The translations under genes were made by a program, and so were the position numbers. This document shows, in pieces, positions 49,204 to 64,000 of a DNA stretch of 64,000 nucleotides (position 1 is its first letter; the number at the start of each line of letters is the position of its first letter). The notes below the pieces were generated by a model, which did not search any database, was not told where the DNA came from, and saw only the letters and a list, made by a program, of their open reading frames with translations. Source of the DNA: Euglena gracilis (Eukaryota); contig CP154954.1 of NCBI GenBank assembly GCA_039621445.1, positions 20,632,642 through 20,696,641 of the forward strand. Direction: 5' to 3'.

Positions 49204-64000
<14,797 letters not shown>

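Overview
Eukaryotic nuclear DNA, most likely from a euglenid. GC-rich exons are separated by long, repeat-filled introns, and several of these are non-GT-AG 'nonconventional' introns whose ends base-pair at +4..+6 with -8..-6. Most ORF-track entries are spurious, so the real genes were rebuilt by hand from exons. Host genes, all on the + strand, are: (1) the 3' part of a SPRY-like / Mind-bomb-repeat-like / Cys-His zinc-finger gene (~440-13747); (2) an orphan MIB/HERC2 exon (~15070); (3) a SAM + R-S-E-class ADP-ribosyltransferase gene (19434-28029) with its catalytic motifs on separate exons; (4) two stray first-exon copies; and (5) a paralog of gene 1 (49204 to past the window end). The highlight is an 11,365-bp DNA transposon with both ends intact (33464-44828; perfect 26-bp TIRs, 5-bp TSD TCTGT). 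It encodes an Academ-like DDE transposase and a multi-exon ParB/Srx-like protein. It also carries about 25 copies of the 20-bp palindrome GAATGCGCAnnTGCGCATTC, almost all in its introns and spacers, which suggests a ParB/parS-like cargo system. Two later insertions sit inside its ParB-like gene and may be removed as introns. All protein-family calls are by-eye motif recognition; no database searches were run.
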